NCBI GenBank assembly: GCA_012295275.1 | Contig: CM022672.1 | Span: 33,356,001-33,420,000, forward strand | Length of the DNA stretch: 64,000 bases | Direction: 5' to 3' | DNA from: Chrysomallon squamiferum | Taxonomy: Eukaryota; Animalia; Mollusca | Shown here: positions 14,941-30,399 of the stretch, piece after piece | Position numbering within the stretch: the stretch's first letter is position 1 | How the letters are laid out: each line of letters opens with the position of its first letter | The notes under the pieces: model-generated | What the model was told of the DNA's origin: nothing | Database searches by the model: none | The model's input: the letters and a program-made list of their open reading frames with translations, nothing else | Made by a program: the position numbers and the translations under genes

Positions 14941-17174
14941 AAAATTGAATGTAACAAGATTTCTCCCAGTAATAATATACAGAGATACTCAAAAGTGATA
15001 CTCTTTTGAAGAAATATCACAAGGTTGACTCCTAACTGTAATTGCAGATCGTTTTACCCAGAAAAAAATTCAAAGCTGTTAGAGAATAGTTCCAAAGATA
15101 TTAATTTATTTAATGCTTACACTTTTTGAGGTGAACAAACAGAAGGGAACAAAAGATATTTACAGTCTTGTAAACAGTCTAAATATATTTCCAAGAGAAA
15201 AGAAATATATCTGTTTTATAAATGAGAAAGTTCATATGGATCTGATTTTCTTTAAGACAAAACGTGATTTTCTTTTTCAGAAATACAAGTTTGACTCCTA
15301 ACTGTAATTGTTGATCTTTTTACCCTGATAAAAATGTCAAGGCTGTCAGTCAATTGTTCCAAAGATATCAATTTCTTTAATGCTTACTTTTTTCAGTTTT
15401 GGAATAATTTCAGTTTTCAAGGGCCTATTCTCAAGCAAAATTGACATAGCTTATTTCATAATATGTCAATAGTATATTTTCTAAAGATCCCTTTTTTTTT
15501 TTCATAACTGTGGAAAGTATATTTCCAATCATATGTCAAACCAAATTTGGTAGAATCATTCATCTGCACTAAAGAAGAAACATAATAATAAAAAAAATCT
15601 TCGAGAATTGATAACTTCACGTCTACATACTTTTAATGCCAAACTGATCAGATTCAAAAGATGTATATCATGAAGTGTATTTAGAAGTGACAAAGTAAAA
15701 ATATTTTTTCTTTTAACAAGTTATAGTTCTCGAGGTATCATGTTCATGCTAATAAAGTGTCTATAATAATAAAAATCATTTGTTGAGTAACTTTTTTCTC
15801 ATTGCCACATCAGCAATTAAAAAGCTAAATACTACTGAATAAACAATCACAAATAAGAAGGATATTTGTATATCATAACAACAATTGAGAAACTGAAGTC
15901 TTGTGACCAAATATTTACTTTTGTTCAGAAATAAATAAATTGTTTAAAACCTTTACAGGTGTTGTGCTGAAGGCCTCCATGACTGTGTGTAATTAATATT
16001 ATGTTTGAGAAATGAGATCGCTAAATAACTGTGATGATTTATTAACCACACTCAGTCGATATATATAAAACTGGTTTCAAAATTATTTCAGCACAGATGT
16101 AATCTATTAAATCGACGTTTTATTAAGATAATCATAATTTTTCATTACAAAACAAGAACCTTCATTCAGAATTCAGGAAGTTCTAGTAGTGAAGAATTGG
16201 CTTGTTCGGTTCCTTTCTGACTCAGAAGTGAATCGACTTCATTGGCCAAGAAAAATGCATGGTTCATCAGAAAATATGCTTTGATCGCATCCCCATCAGT
16301 TAGGGCGGGCGGGTAGTCGTATAACTGCTTTAAGCTTTAATTATACTGTTCTGTAAAAGATACTGTCTTTCTGAAAGGGCTCACTTTTGAGTGACCTAAC
16401 ACGTCTACATTGGACAAGCAACTGCTTTTCTGTGGTCAAGTTTGTTTGCAGGAAGAAAGCTCATAGAGTTAAACTCGTGAATGTAAAACCTAGTGTATGA
16501 GTGAGGTTCACAATCTACATTTCAAGACATATAGCAAGATGATAGCTACCCCACGGTCCTTCTGATTGAAATTACATTTTTGGGGTTTTTTTTGTTTTGT
16601 TTCTTTGTTTCTTTGGGGTTTTTTATTATTATTATTATTATTATTAGCCGGTAGCTATCCCTCTTTATATCGGTGATAACCGCGGTCAGGTGGTACAGGA
16701 GGAAATATTTCCGGTTTTCTGAGAAAACACTGATCCTCTTCAATGAGCCACTGTATGTCTTAAACGAGGTCTTTTTTTGACCGGTGTGCATTCCTAAAAT
16801 GAAATTATGTTACGTTGTCTGAGGGCCGTCTGCAAGCCGGTAGCTATCCCTTTTATATCGGTGAGGCAAAGGACCACTCAGGTAATGGTAATTATGGTTT
16901 AAATGTTGTTGTTTTTTGTATATGTAACAAAATATGTATATGTATAATGTATATGTATAACATATATGTTGATTGATTGGGATAGCTAAATCTATTGTTG
17001 GATATTTCATTGTGTTATTCTGTGGTACATACTTAAGCTTAAACACAAAGATTACGTATGATAATAACTAAAATATTAGTTAGAACGTTTAAGTAACCAA
17101 CTGGACGTAACTAGTTTAGTAGTATCTATGAAAGCTATTTACTTTTATATTGTATCCTTAGAAGTCTTGTTTGC

Positions 17175-18465
17175 GTTACTGTTCTCTAATGAGTACAGAA
17201 TAGTAATTTAGTAATTTAAGCTGTCTCAGATAACAAAAACACTTTGTCGCGTGACGTTATTATAGTCTGCTACCCGTTAGACAGGACGAGCCAAATTTGA
17301 GGTATTAATACCACTCAGACTAGTCACCGTGACAGTACTTGATCTTTAACTTTTGAAGTAAGATTTTAAAATAAGACGACATTCAATTTTTGGGATACTG
17401 ACCCATAATTTGGCCGCATTTGCCGACCTGACGATCTGTCATTTTGAGCCCTGCTCCAACTAACTAACTAACTAACTAACTAAACTAACTAACTAACTAA
17501 CTAAATAACTAAACTAACTAACTAACTAAACTAACTAACTAACTAACTAAATAACTAAACTAACTAACTAACTAAACTAACTAACTAAACTAACTAACTA
17601 ACTAAACTAACTAAATAACTAAACTAACTAACTAACTAAACTAACTAACTAACTAACTAAATAACTAAACTAACTAACTAACTAAACTAACTAACTAAAC
17701 TAACTAACTAACTAAACTAACTAAATAACTAAACTAACTAACTAACTAAACTAACTAACTAAACTAACTAACTAAACTAACTAACAAACTAACTAACTAA
17801 CTAAACTAAACTAACTAACTAACTAAACTAACTAAACTAACTAACTAAACTAACTAACTAACTAACTAACTAAACTAACTAACTAACTAACTAAACTAAC
17901 TAACTAACTAAACTAACTAAATAAATAAATAAATAAATGACAATAGATAAATTAATCAATAAATAATGCACTAATACAACCAAATGTCAGTTAAGAATCA
18001 ATTAAACTACTGTTTACGTAGGATGTCTCTTATATAATTAAATATCATTTGACATTATTGCTCATCTGTTATTTTCATCGTTTAGAAAGTCCACATTGTT
18101 CTGCTAATTACATATTTAAAACTAAAAACAAAAAGTATGTCCTAATAAAATATTTAAACATTATCTTGTTGGTGAAGAAACTCACTGGTTCTTGTATAAC
18201 AATTTGAAAGTCGTGTTCTGAAAAGGTTTAAGTTGTTTGTGACTGGTAGCTATGGCAGGTCTACTTCGTTCACCTCACTTGAAGGCAGGACACAGATACG
18301 TATTTTCAGTGCGATGATTTATAGCTAAAGCAACGTTAGCTACGTTAACCTTCATACAATTGTTCAAATATATTTCCGCCTGTAGTTTCCAAAATCAACG
18401 CCATTTTGTATCCTAAAAGTCGTACCGATTAAATTATATTCTACGATTCATGGTTAAGTGATGTG

Positions 18466-18519
<54 letters not shown>

Positions 18520-19402
18520 ATTACGTATATACATTTTTTTTTTTCGTTATTGTTCTCTAGTGAATACAGAATACTCATTTATTAGTTTAAGATGGCTCAG
18601 ATAATTAACACTTTGTCACCTGACGCTATTATAATCTGCTACCCTTTAGACGGGACGAGCCAAATTTGAGGTATTAATACCACTCAGACTAGTCACCTTG
18701 ACAGTACTTGATCTTTAACTTTTGAAGTAAGATTTAAAAATAAGACGACATTCAAGATGACCCGAATGGTCACGATCAGTTTAACAAGATACGGGATCAG
18801 TCAGACATGGTTTTCGTTCTCAAGATTACAATTAACTACACACATATTCGATCCACAAAATTTGTGTGACATTTTGATGTGAAATAAATATTTGCGATAA
18901 AATGATTAACAGTGAGTCTTGTGTTATAACTTACAGAAGAATAAAAAAAGGTCGCCCGAATAAAAATTTTGGGATACTGACCCATAATTTTGGCCGCATT
19001 TGCCGACCTGACGATCTCTCATTTCGAGCCCTGCTCCAACTAACTAACTAACTAACTAACTAACTAAACTAACTAACTAACTAACTAAACTAACTAACTA
19101 ACTAAACTAACTAACTAACTAAACTAACTAACTAACTAAATAACTAACTAACTAACTAAATAACTAACTAAATAAAAATAACTAACTAACTAACTAAATA
19201 ACTAAACTAACTAACTAACTAAACTAACTAAAACTAAACTAACTAACTAAAAACTAACTAAATAACTAAAACTAACTAAATAAACTAAACTAACTAACTA
19301 AAAAACTAACTAAACTAAACTAACTAACAAACTAAACTAACTAAAACTAAACTAAACTAACTAACTAAACTAAACTAACTAAACTAACTAACTAAACTAA
19401 CT

Positions 19403-19437
<35 letters not shown>

Positions 19438-19440
19438 ACT

Positions 19441-19471
<31 letters not shown>

Positions 19472-20715
19472 AACTAAACTAAATAAATAAATAAATAAAT
19501 AAATGACAATAGATAAATTAATCAATAAATAATGCACTAATACAACCAAATGTCAGTTAAGAATCAATTAAACTACTGTTTACGTAGGATGTCTCTTATA
19601 TAATTAAATATCATTTGACATTATTGCTCATCTGTTATTTTCATCGTTTAGAAAGTCCACATTGTTCTGCTAATTACATATTTAAAACTAAAACAAAAAG
19701 TATGTCCTAATAAAATATTTAAACATTATCTTGTTGGTGAAGAAACTCACTGGTTCTTGTATAACAATTTGAAAGTCGTGTTCTGAAAAGGTTTAAGTTG
19801 TTTGTGACTGGTAGCTATGGCAGGTCTATATCGTTCACCTCACTTGAATGCAGGACACACATACGTATTTTCAGTGCGATGATTTATAGCTAAAGCAACG
19901 TTAGCTACGTTAACCTTCATACAATTGTTCAAATATATTTCCGCCTGTAGTTTCCAAAATCAACGCCATTTTGTATCCTAAAAGTCGTACCGATTAAATT
20001 ATATTCTACGATTCATGGTTAAGTGATGTGAAATATATATATATATATATATAAAACAATTACGTATATACATTTTTTTTTTTCGTTATTGTTCTCTAGT
20101 GAATACAGAATACTCATTTATTAGTTTAAGATGGCTCAGATAATTAACACTTTGTCACCTGACGCTATTATAATCTGCTACCCTTTAGACGGGACGAGCC
20201 AAATTTGAGGTATTAATACCACTCAGACTAGTCACCTTGACAGTACTTGATCTTTAACTTTTGAAGTAAGATTTAAAAATAAGACGACATTCAAGATGAC
20301 CCGAATGGTCACGATCAGTTTAACAAGATACGGGATCAGTCAGACATGGTTTTCGTTCTCAAGATTACAATTAACTACACACATATTCGATCCACAAAAT
20401 TTGTGTGACATTTTGATGTGAAATAAATATTTGCGATAAAATGATTAACAGTGAGTCTTGTGTTATAACTTACAGAAGAATAAAAAAAGTCGCCCGAATA
20501 AAAATGTTGGGATACTGACCCATAATTTTGGCCGCATTTGCCGACCTGACGATCTCTCATTTCGAGCCCTGCTCCAACTAACTAACTAACTAACTAACTA
20601 AACTAACTAACTAACTAACTAAACTAACTAACTAACTAAAAACTAACTAACTAACTAAACTAACTAACTAACTAAATAACTAACTAAATAAACTAACTAA
20701 CTAAACTAACTAACT

Positions 20716-20790
<75 letters not shown>

Positions 20791-20850
20791 ATAACTAACT
20801 AAACTAACTAAATAACTAAACTAACTAACTAAATAACTAACTAACTAACT

Positions 20851-20918
<68 letters not shown>

Positions 20919-21197
20919 ATAACTAACTAAATAACTAAATAACTAAACTAACTAAACTAACTAACTAAACTAACTAACTAAACTAACTAACTAAACTAAC
21001 TAAATAACTAAACTAACTAAACTAACTAACTAAATAACTAACTAAATAACTAACTAACTAACTAAACTAACTAACTAACTAAATAAAACTAACTAACTAA
21101 CTAAACTAACTAACTAACTAAATAACTAACTAAACTAACTAACTAAATAACTAACTAACTAACTAACTAACTAAACTAACTAACTAACTAACTAACT

Positions 21198-21257
<60 letters not shown>

Positions 21258-21765
21258 ACTAACTAACTAACTAAATAAACTACGTAAATAAATAAATATA
21301 TAATACTTAAATAAATAAATAAATGACAATAGATAAATTAATCAATAAATAATGCACTAATACAACTAAATGTCAGTTAAAAATCAATTAAACTACTTTT
21401 TACATAGAGTGTGTCTAATGTAATTAGATATCATTTGAAATTACTGCTCACCTGTTATTTTCATCGTTTAGAAAGTCCACATTGTTTTGCTAATTACATA
21501 TTTCAAACAAAAAACAAAAAATGTCCTAATAAAATATTTAAACATTATCTTGTTGGTGAAGAAACTCAGTGGTTCTTGTATAACAATTTGAACGTCGTCT
21601 TCTAAAAAGGTTAAAGTTGTTTGTTTGTGACTGGTAGCTATGGCAGGTCTACTTGGTTCACGTCACTTGATTGCAGGACTCACATACGTAATTTGAGTGC
21701 GATAACTTGTAGATAAAGCAACGTTAGTAACGTTAACCTTCATAAAATTGTTCAGCTATATCTTC
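17175..21765. repeat. Three tandem ~1.4-1.7 kb units, each containing an (ACTA/ACTAA)n array
   Basis: Units start near 17175, 18546 and 20085. Arrays lie at ~17458-17920, ~19038-19480 and ~20576-21280. Unit 1 lacks ~210 bp present in units 2 and 3. Confidence 0.92.
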
Positions 21766-21924
21766 CAGTATCTAAAGACTGTTGAAGAATTATATGTTTC
21801 TTTAACTTTTTAACCGTATTATATTTTTATATTTTGTCATAAAAGCATACACATGTAAACAATGACATTATACATAAATCTGTTTTCTTATTATTATTAT
21901 TTGTATATATAATTTCGTTGTATT

Positions 21925-21956
<32 letters not shown>

Positions 21957-22351
21957 TATTTATTTATTTATTAACTACAAATAAATTATGTTTGCCTGGT
22001 CTTACCTTCCTGTTAATCACTATCCAATGAATTTCACCTCTCCATACATTTCCACGCTCCCATCATTTTGTTTCTCTCAGTGTAAACGTTGTTAGAGGTT
22101 TCTGCTGTAGATTTAATATGAAACGAAGCAGTTTATTACCTTTTATGGATACGCGGGGTTAATGTTTTCCAAGAAAAGACAAAGCTCTTTGTCATGTATT
22201 TTTTCTTGGTAAAACAAAGTAGCCTGTATTTGATTGGTTGCACAGTTCATGGAGACTCTGTGTTATTCAATGGATGAGAAATATGATACACCCTACACAC
22301 AAACGAGTCATTAAATAGTAAAAAACAAAAAAAGAACCACATATTAGTGAC

Positions 22352-22408
<57 letters not shown>

Positions 22409-24770
22409 TGTGTTAGTGTATTTATAACTATACCCTTGATGAAACGAATAAGCGAGGGGTCAACCATGATCAAAATATCGAAATCAATGTTTTCATAATA
22501 TGTACTTCTTTTTCTGTTCTCTTAACTTTGGAAAATGTGTGACTCTGTGGAACATGATATCATGCACAGTTACTTTTTTCCTTTACTATATGAAAGCGAG
22601 CTAACCCTAATGAGTCATAACAAACCTCCTCTGGTCTCTCAAATGTGACCCGATTTGTCAGGTGTAACAGTTAGAAGTACGATGACACAGACAAATCGTT
22701 ATATAGAAAACAGCTCAACCGTAGAGAAACTTTAAACAACTTTAAATGTATGCTAGTTTTATTTTATTTTTAAATTATTATTAATAGTAGTATTACCTAC
22801 TAGTAGTAGTGGGTAGTAGTAGTAGCAGTAGTAGTAATACTATACTATTACTACAACTACTACTAGTAATAGTATACTACTACTATTACTACAACTACTA
22901 CTAGTAATAGTATACTACTACTATTACTAGTATTACTATTATTATTATTATCAGTTTATTTCTTTTTCTCTTTTTTCTTTTGTTTTGTTCTTACTTTTTT
23001 GTTCTGCTTTACTTTTATTATCTTTTTTGTTTATTGTTTTATATTTAATATTATTTTATATTTTTCTCCGTTTATAATGTTAATAGTTGTTATCTTTGAG
23101 GAAGATTTCGATTTTTTATATATTTCGTTCTTTATTTACTCGTTTGGTTTTTTAAATTATTATTCTTTTTTATTTGTTTTTATTATTTTTTTTTTATTAT
23201 TTTATTTGATCACCTATTTTAACTTATTAATTTAAGTAAAAGAAGCACTCGGTACTTAAAGTTTAATCATACCTCCGACAAAAACCAATCATGGTGAGAT
23301 TTGTCTCCATCAGTTTATTTGCTTTTTTGTGCATTTTAAAAGTTTAAGCAAACAGACATCTGCAGCGAAGCGTTTGGACTTTAACTAGTAAACATGATAC
23401 AAGCAGAGTTCACTTAATTGGATGCCTTCTACTTTTGCTGAACTATCAATGAATTGTCATGATTACATAAATTAAGCCTTGTAACTTCAGATTTAGCAAG
23501 TTTTATTTTATAATGGTTGGCGTGTTCCCAGTGAACGAATAAAGCCGCCTAACACAAAACAATAATACACTCGAATGACTCAGCAGTGTAAAGTTTCGTC
23601 ACAGCAGTGTAAAGTTTCGTCACAGAAGGCAGGTTCGACTTCGACAAAACAATGAACTGAGTTGCATACATGAGCTGCTGAACGTAATGTTAAAAATAAA
23701 TGACAGGTTTTAATGTCAGTCTGTATCTATGCCTTTACCAGATATATTTTGATCAAAACAAATTTGAAAATTTGTTCTGCTTTTGAAACTTTAAAAACAG
23801 ATACACTATTTGAAGTTGCATGTTCATTCGTGTTCAGATTCTTTTTGATTTTGTTTCTAACCCCGTAGTTACAACTTTTGTCTGGGTGTGGGTGTATGTG
23901 TGTGTGTATGTATGAAAAATAATAACATAAATACTAACTAAATAAACGAAATACTGTTTTAAAACAGACATTCAGTAACAGATGTCATTTTATGACTAAT
24001 AATAATAAAAATAAAAATATATAAATATAGAAGAAAAACAGAAACACAGAATTAAAATTAAAGAGAAAAATAAAAATAAAGAGAAGAAAAATAAGAGTCT
24101 TTATTGTTGTTCGATATTTATTTTTTTATTTATTCATTCATTCAGTTAGATAGTTAATCAATTATTGTTCTTAACTAAATTTGAAAAAAAAACACCACAA
24201 AATACCTTACAAAAAAGAATAAAACAAAGAAAATAATAAATAAATAAATAAATAAAATAAATAATGAAGTATATTTAAATTCAGTTATACATTAGTACCT
24301 GGATAACTCGACAGCTAATATGAATCGTTCTTAACACAGGTAGCAATAACAGCTGACTTATAAAAATAAAACTGTCGTGTCGCGATGTGTCACACGGCTG
24401 ACAAATATTATATCAACAATGCGTGCACCATTTCTCGTTCAGGTGACAAATCATAAACAGACATCTGCATGATTTCTCAACAAAATGTCTCAATACCACA
24501 CGTACCTTTTTAAAAATGTTTTTAATCTCTTAATGCCTGCATGACTTTGTGAGAGACTGATAAATCGCGACGTTACTGTCGCCATTGTGATACAAGGAAG
24601 CCAGCTGCTGTAGCAGAGTATTGCTCAATGAAAGAGTTGAAGTGTCTGTTTCACACAAATAAATCAGTATCACCAAATCTTTAGCTAGCTAAAGTCAGTG
24701 ACAGAAAATTTGGGTTGTTGTTACTCCTTATCGGTGTGGCGTGCAGTCATTTTAAAAAAAGACTTGAGTG

Positions 24771-24919
<149 letters not shown>

Positions 24920-26169
24920 AGATGCTGCAAACACAGCATTAAAATACACACAAAAACTAGGATAGTACACCTATTTTAGATCTCGAGATGAAGGATACAG
25001 GTTGTCTATGGCAGATGATAGACAAGACAAAGTTCAAACGATTATATAAAATTTGTGACAGTGTATGAATTTGCTTCCTGGTCATTAAGCGAATTAAAAT
25101 GAAAATTGTTTTATGCATTTTAAAAAAGAAACTGTCATGTTAAACACTTAATTAGAATTGCTAATTTATTATTTGACAATATCCTGTTTAATAAAAATTA
25201 TTTTCACCAAATGATCTAGCTTCAGAGATCTGAAGAGAAATTGCAAAAGGCGATCAGCCATTTTTAAGATAATTGACCATTTTACGAAAACCTTCACAGC
25301 TGCTCATAGAAAAACTGTTTATACTTATAGAGACATTATTGTTTTCGATTAAAATATAGAGTTTGACAGGTTTTCTTCAGCAACGTCGTTATGTTAAACA
25401 CTTTATTAACATGGGTCGTGATAACCACCGGCCCGCAGGGTAAGGGATCCTGTGGGTCATCATCTCAAACAGTGAAACCACCTAAAAACAACACACAGTA
25501 AATCTTTTTAAATTATTCATCTCCTCAATTGGATTTGAGGTGCAATGAACTAAGGGGAGAAATACATTTTCAAAGCAAGGCTAAAGTTTTAAGTGACCTC
25601 CGTGATCATGAAACGGAACCACTGTCTTCTGCAACCTCCCGCTACCCGTTTCTACTTCGTCACACCCAGAACCAGAGCCTGGACACAAATCCCGGATAGA
25701 TTCCTGAGGACTTTGGTGAAACCCGTGGAATTAAAGAGGAAAGAGAAACCATTAGGTGGGACAAATTTCAAAGCTGTTTTAGTTCGTCATACAAAATTGG
25801 CCGCTAATTACTGTAACTTCAAAATTTAAATATTCGTCCTCGCTTCTATTCATGTAAAAAGAACTTGATTCTCGCATATATTGGCAGTTAGATACAGATT
25901 ATTTACTTATTATAATCATCAATACATATTTAATATTTGTCCTTACATCATCTTTTCTTGATTTCATATACAGAGCCTAGATTATCTCAAGAATATCCAC
26001 ATACAAATTAGTACTTTAATAATATATACATATTTACTTAGTTAAAAGAACTGTGTCTAACGAAATACAGCTTCACAGATAAACGGGTTTTACATTAAAC
26101 AAAGGCAAGAGTGTCTATCTTCATCGCAATTCTACTGTTTCACGTTTCAAGCAGCTGGAGAGGTAACTT

Positions 26170-29019
26170 ATTATCAATTCAAAGCTGTTAGAGAATAGTT
26201 TCAAAATTGTGTCTGACAAAATGTATTTCATAATGTGTCAATACTATGTGTTCCAAATATTCCTAATGTTGTTTTTTTTTCTAACTGCGCAAAGTATATT
26301 TCCAATGATATGTGAAACCAAAGTTGGTAAAATCATTCATCTGCACTAAAGAAAATAATAATAATAATAAAAAAATCTTTGAAAATTCATAACTTAACTT
26401 CTACTTGTACTACAAACATAGTTTTTAATGCGAAACCGATCAGATTCAAAAGATCCATATGATGAAATACATTCAGAAGTGAGAAATTAGGAAATATGAA
26501 ATGTTATTTTTCCTTTAACAAGTTATAGGTCTCTTCAGCATCAAGGTACAATCTTTGTGCTAATAAAGTCTATATAATAATAAAAATCAATTCTTGAATA
26601 ACCTTTACTCCGGAAAGCGGGTCTCAAAGCACTTAACAATGAGATTATATTAAAAACAAGCTGACAAAAACTGAATCGATAGATAATTACAGTGTAATAG
26701 TATTTACAAAAGTTACATGTAAAAGAAGCAGAAGGTGATTTTCACTTGGATTAGATGTAAGAAGTTACTTTTGAATACATTTCCGAGAAACTGCTTGAAG
26801 GTGTACATGTTATGAGGACAGTGTAAAACCAAATGGAGAGTTATAGCGAGGAAAATATTAAGCTTGTTACATTTAAAACATGTTACATACATAATTAATA
26901 ATAAAATAGGTCATTCTCTTATTCAGTCATCATTTCCAGGGCATTGCCACATCAGCAATAGGATAAAATAAAAAGCTAAATATTACTCAGTAAATAATCA
27001 AAAATAAGGAGGCTATTTGTACTTCATAGCAATGGTTGACATACTAAAGTCATGTGACCAAATATTTTGTTTTGTTTTTTTGAGAATATATTTCTCTAAT
27101 ACAACGAAATGTCAGTTACAAATCAGTTAAACTAGTTTTTACATAGAATGTCTTTAATCTAAATAGATATCATTTGACATTATTGCTCACCCGTTATTTT
27201 TATAATTTAGGAAGTACATATTGTTCTGCTAATTACATATTTCAAACCAAAAAGAAAAAGTATGTCCTAATAAAATATTTAAATAAACATTATTTTGTCT
27301 GTTGGTGAAGAAAGTCACTGGTTCTTGTATAACAATTTGAACGTCGTGTTCTGTAAAGGTTTAAGTTGTTTGTTTGTGACTGGTAGCTATGGCAGGTCTA
27401 CATCGTTCACCTCACTTGAATGCAGGACACACATACGTATTTTCAGTGCGATGATTTATAGCTAAAGCAACGTTAGCAACGTTAACCTTCATAAAATTGT
27501 TCTAATATATCACGGACTAAAAACAGAGAACATTTGAGTACGTAATATATACGATGAATGTACGTAGAAGATCACACTTACTTTTTCTGTGTTAAAACAC
27601 TGAAATAATGCAATCTTCAGTATTAGATGTTTCAGTATTTCTTTGTCTAATTCATCCATGCAATAGCTTATCAGACTCTTTTATTTCTTTTTTTTATTTC
27701 CGATGCGTTTATTTATTCAAATATTAAAATATATTCTTTACTGTGAATTTTGTTAGTCAACAAACATCATTTCAAATATTTCCATGTATTTAATAACAGA
27801 ATATAGTGTGGGAAAATAATAATAATGAATAAATCAACAACAAAACAACAACAAACAAAAAAATGATACCCTGAGCTACTGAATGAGAGTTATATTCTGA
27901 ATATACAGCATATCTGAGTTAAAATAAAATAAAATAAAATAAAGTAAAGTAAAATAAAATAAAATAAAATGAAATAAAATAAAGTAAAATAAAATAAAAT
28001 AAAATAAAGTAAAATAAAATAAAATAAAATTGAATAAAATAAAGTAAAATAAAATAAAATAAAATGAAATAAAATAAAGTAAAATAAAATAAAATAAAAT
28101 AAATGAATAAATAAACGACAACAGATACATTAATAAATAAATGATTCTCTAATGCAACCAAACGTTAGTTAAAAATCAACTAAACTAGTTTTTACATAGA
28201 ATGTCTTTAATGTAATTAGATATCATTTGAAATTATTGCTCACCTGTTATGTTCATAGTTTTGAAACTCCACATTGTTCTGCTAATTACATATTTCAAAC
28301 TAAAAACAAAATGTATGTCCTAATAAAATATTTAAATAAACATTATCTTGTTCGTGTAGACATTCACTGGTTCTTGCGAAACAAATCTTGCATTCAGCCG
28401 ATATTACTGTATAACAATTTGAACGTCTGCTTCTAAAAATGTTTATATTGTTCGTTTGTCAGTCGTAGCTATGGTAGGTCTACTTCGTTCACGTCACTTG
28501 AATGCGGTACACAAACAGCTATTTTGAGTGGAGTGATATATAGATAAAGCAACGTTTACAACAAATATCACTAATCCTATTTGATTCTTTGAATGAGAAA
28601 ATAAAATTCAATGGCTGTTATGTACACGGTTAAGTACTATGACTTGCATATTTACACCACATAATTAGTTAAATAAATTAGACTGTGTTCCATAGTAATT
28701 CACAGAAATCCATTCCATTTAATGCATTCTATACAAATAGCTACTATGATATTCAGAATTTCGCAGCAACAGCGAAAACACACAGAGTGTGAGAATCGTA
28801 TTACAATTTCTTCCCAGGGTATCTTTACAAAAGAGTTCATGTATGAGTTCGTGCGCATTCACCAATATCTAAAGACAGTGTTCAAGAATTGTATGCTTCT
28901 TTAACTTCTAAATGTACTATATTTTAAAATGCTGTCATAAAAAAACATATACATACAAACAAAGACATTGTATATAGATATATATTTAGTATTATTAGTT
29001 TTATGATTATTATTATTAC

Positions 29020-29055
<36 letters not shown>

Positions 29056-30018
29056 TTTTAATTGTATATGTATTAGACTGTATTGTATTTGTTTATTTCT
29101 CATTTCTTAACTACAAATAAAATACTTTTACCATGTCAGTAAGTCCATTATGACTGATCATTTTATACAGAAATGAACGCAGCTAAATTTAGTCTAATGG
29201 TTAAGAACTATTTCCTCGTAGTATTAATACACAGACACTGTAAAAAAATGTTAATTTTATCTGTAGACTTGCCTACTTATAGACGCAGTTAAAACAAGTT
29301 CAAATTAAAATATTGCATTTGGAACGCCACAAATCAATTAAATGAAAATAGTGTCAGCGTAGTTGTAGCTATCATAGCGGAATAAATTAACTGTGCATTG
29401 TGAAAAGAGCTTTTGTGTGAGTATGTCATGTATGTGTAATAATTATGTATTTAATATGTGTATGTTCAGAAAATAACAAAATAATGTTTGGCCACCATTA
29501 GCATTGAGACAGACTCGGCAATAGGTCCGTACAGACAAAAAAAAAACAGACGGTTTGTGCAGCCTGGGCAAGCATTACCGGTTCGTTCTCGTAAACGTTG
29601 CTACTTTTCATTCCAGACACGTTCAGTCGGCGAGAGTTTCTGAGAAACAGCTTATCAAGAAAGAACATCAATGTTTTGTGTTCTGTACATGTCTGTGTGC
29701 AGCTAGGTGGGCTGGCGTTGTCCTGCTGTAATACAATGTTAAGTCCTTGCACTTGAGTAAAAGGTAGAACGTAAGGACGAATGAACGTCATGTCGGTAAT
29801 GTATGAAATGTAATGTATGCAATGTAATACTACACCAAACCAAGACGTTGGTTTTCAGAAACACGTGATATGATGCAACCTTCGTATACTACTAAATTAT
29901 TTACGGGATTACCGCCGTAAAGTCGAAACGGCCCACTGTATTCATACATACATACATACATACATACATACATACATACATACACACACACACATACATA
30001 CATACATACATACACACA

Positions 30019-30052
<34 letters not shown>

Positions 30053-30360
30053 CATACACACATACATACATAAATGACCCATTAGCACTAATACAGGCTT
30101 CGCAACGGCTCCATATAAACAACTACGCTCAAAAAGACTTGTGGTATGGAGTATCATGTGGCCCAAAAACAGGCAAAATACAATTGTGAACACTGCATAT
30201 AACGCACATGCAAGGAACGAAAAAATATCGAAATCAGTGCTTTCATGAATATGAACTGATTTTTCCCGCCTTTAACAATTAGAAGCACGATAACACAGAG
30301 AAACAGCTGACCCGTAGAGAAACTTTAAACAAATTTCAATGCACGCTAGTTTTAGTTTAG

Positions 30361-30399
<39 letters not shown>

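Noticed and set aside
16160-16340. ~55-codon open frame on the minus strand (LKQLYDYPPALTDGDAIKAYF...)
   Set aside because: No start, no convincing splice pair and no similarity to sacsin that I can recognise.
17458-21280. (TTAG)n arrays as interstitial telomere
   Set aside because: The units are TTAG/TTTAG rather than TTAGGG, and they are embedded in a larger duplicated unit.
22001-22120. Strong minus-strand donor AAG|GTAAGA at 22006 as a sacsin first exon
   Set aside because: The phase-1 frame has a stop; a non-coding exon is possible but a lone donor is not enough evidence.
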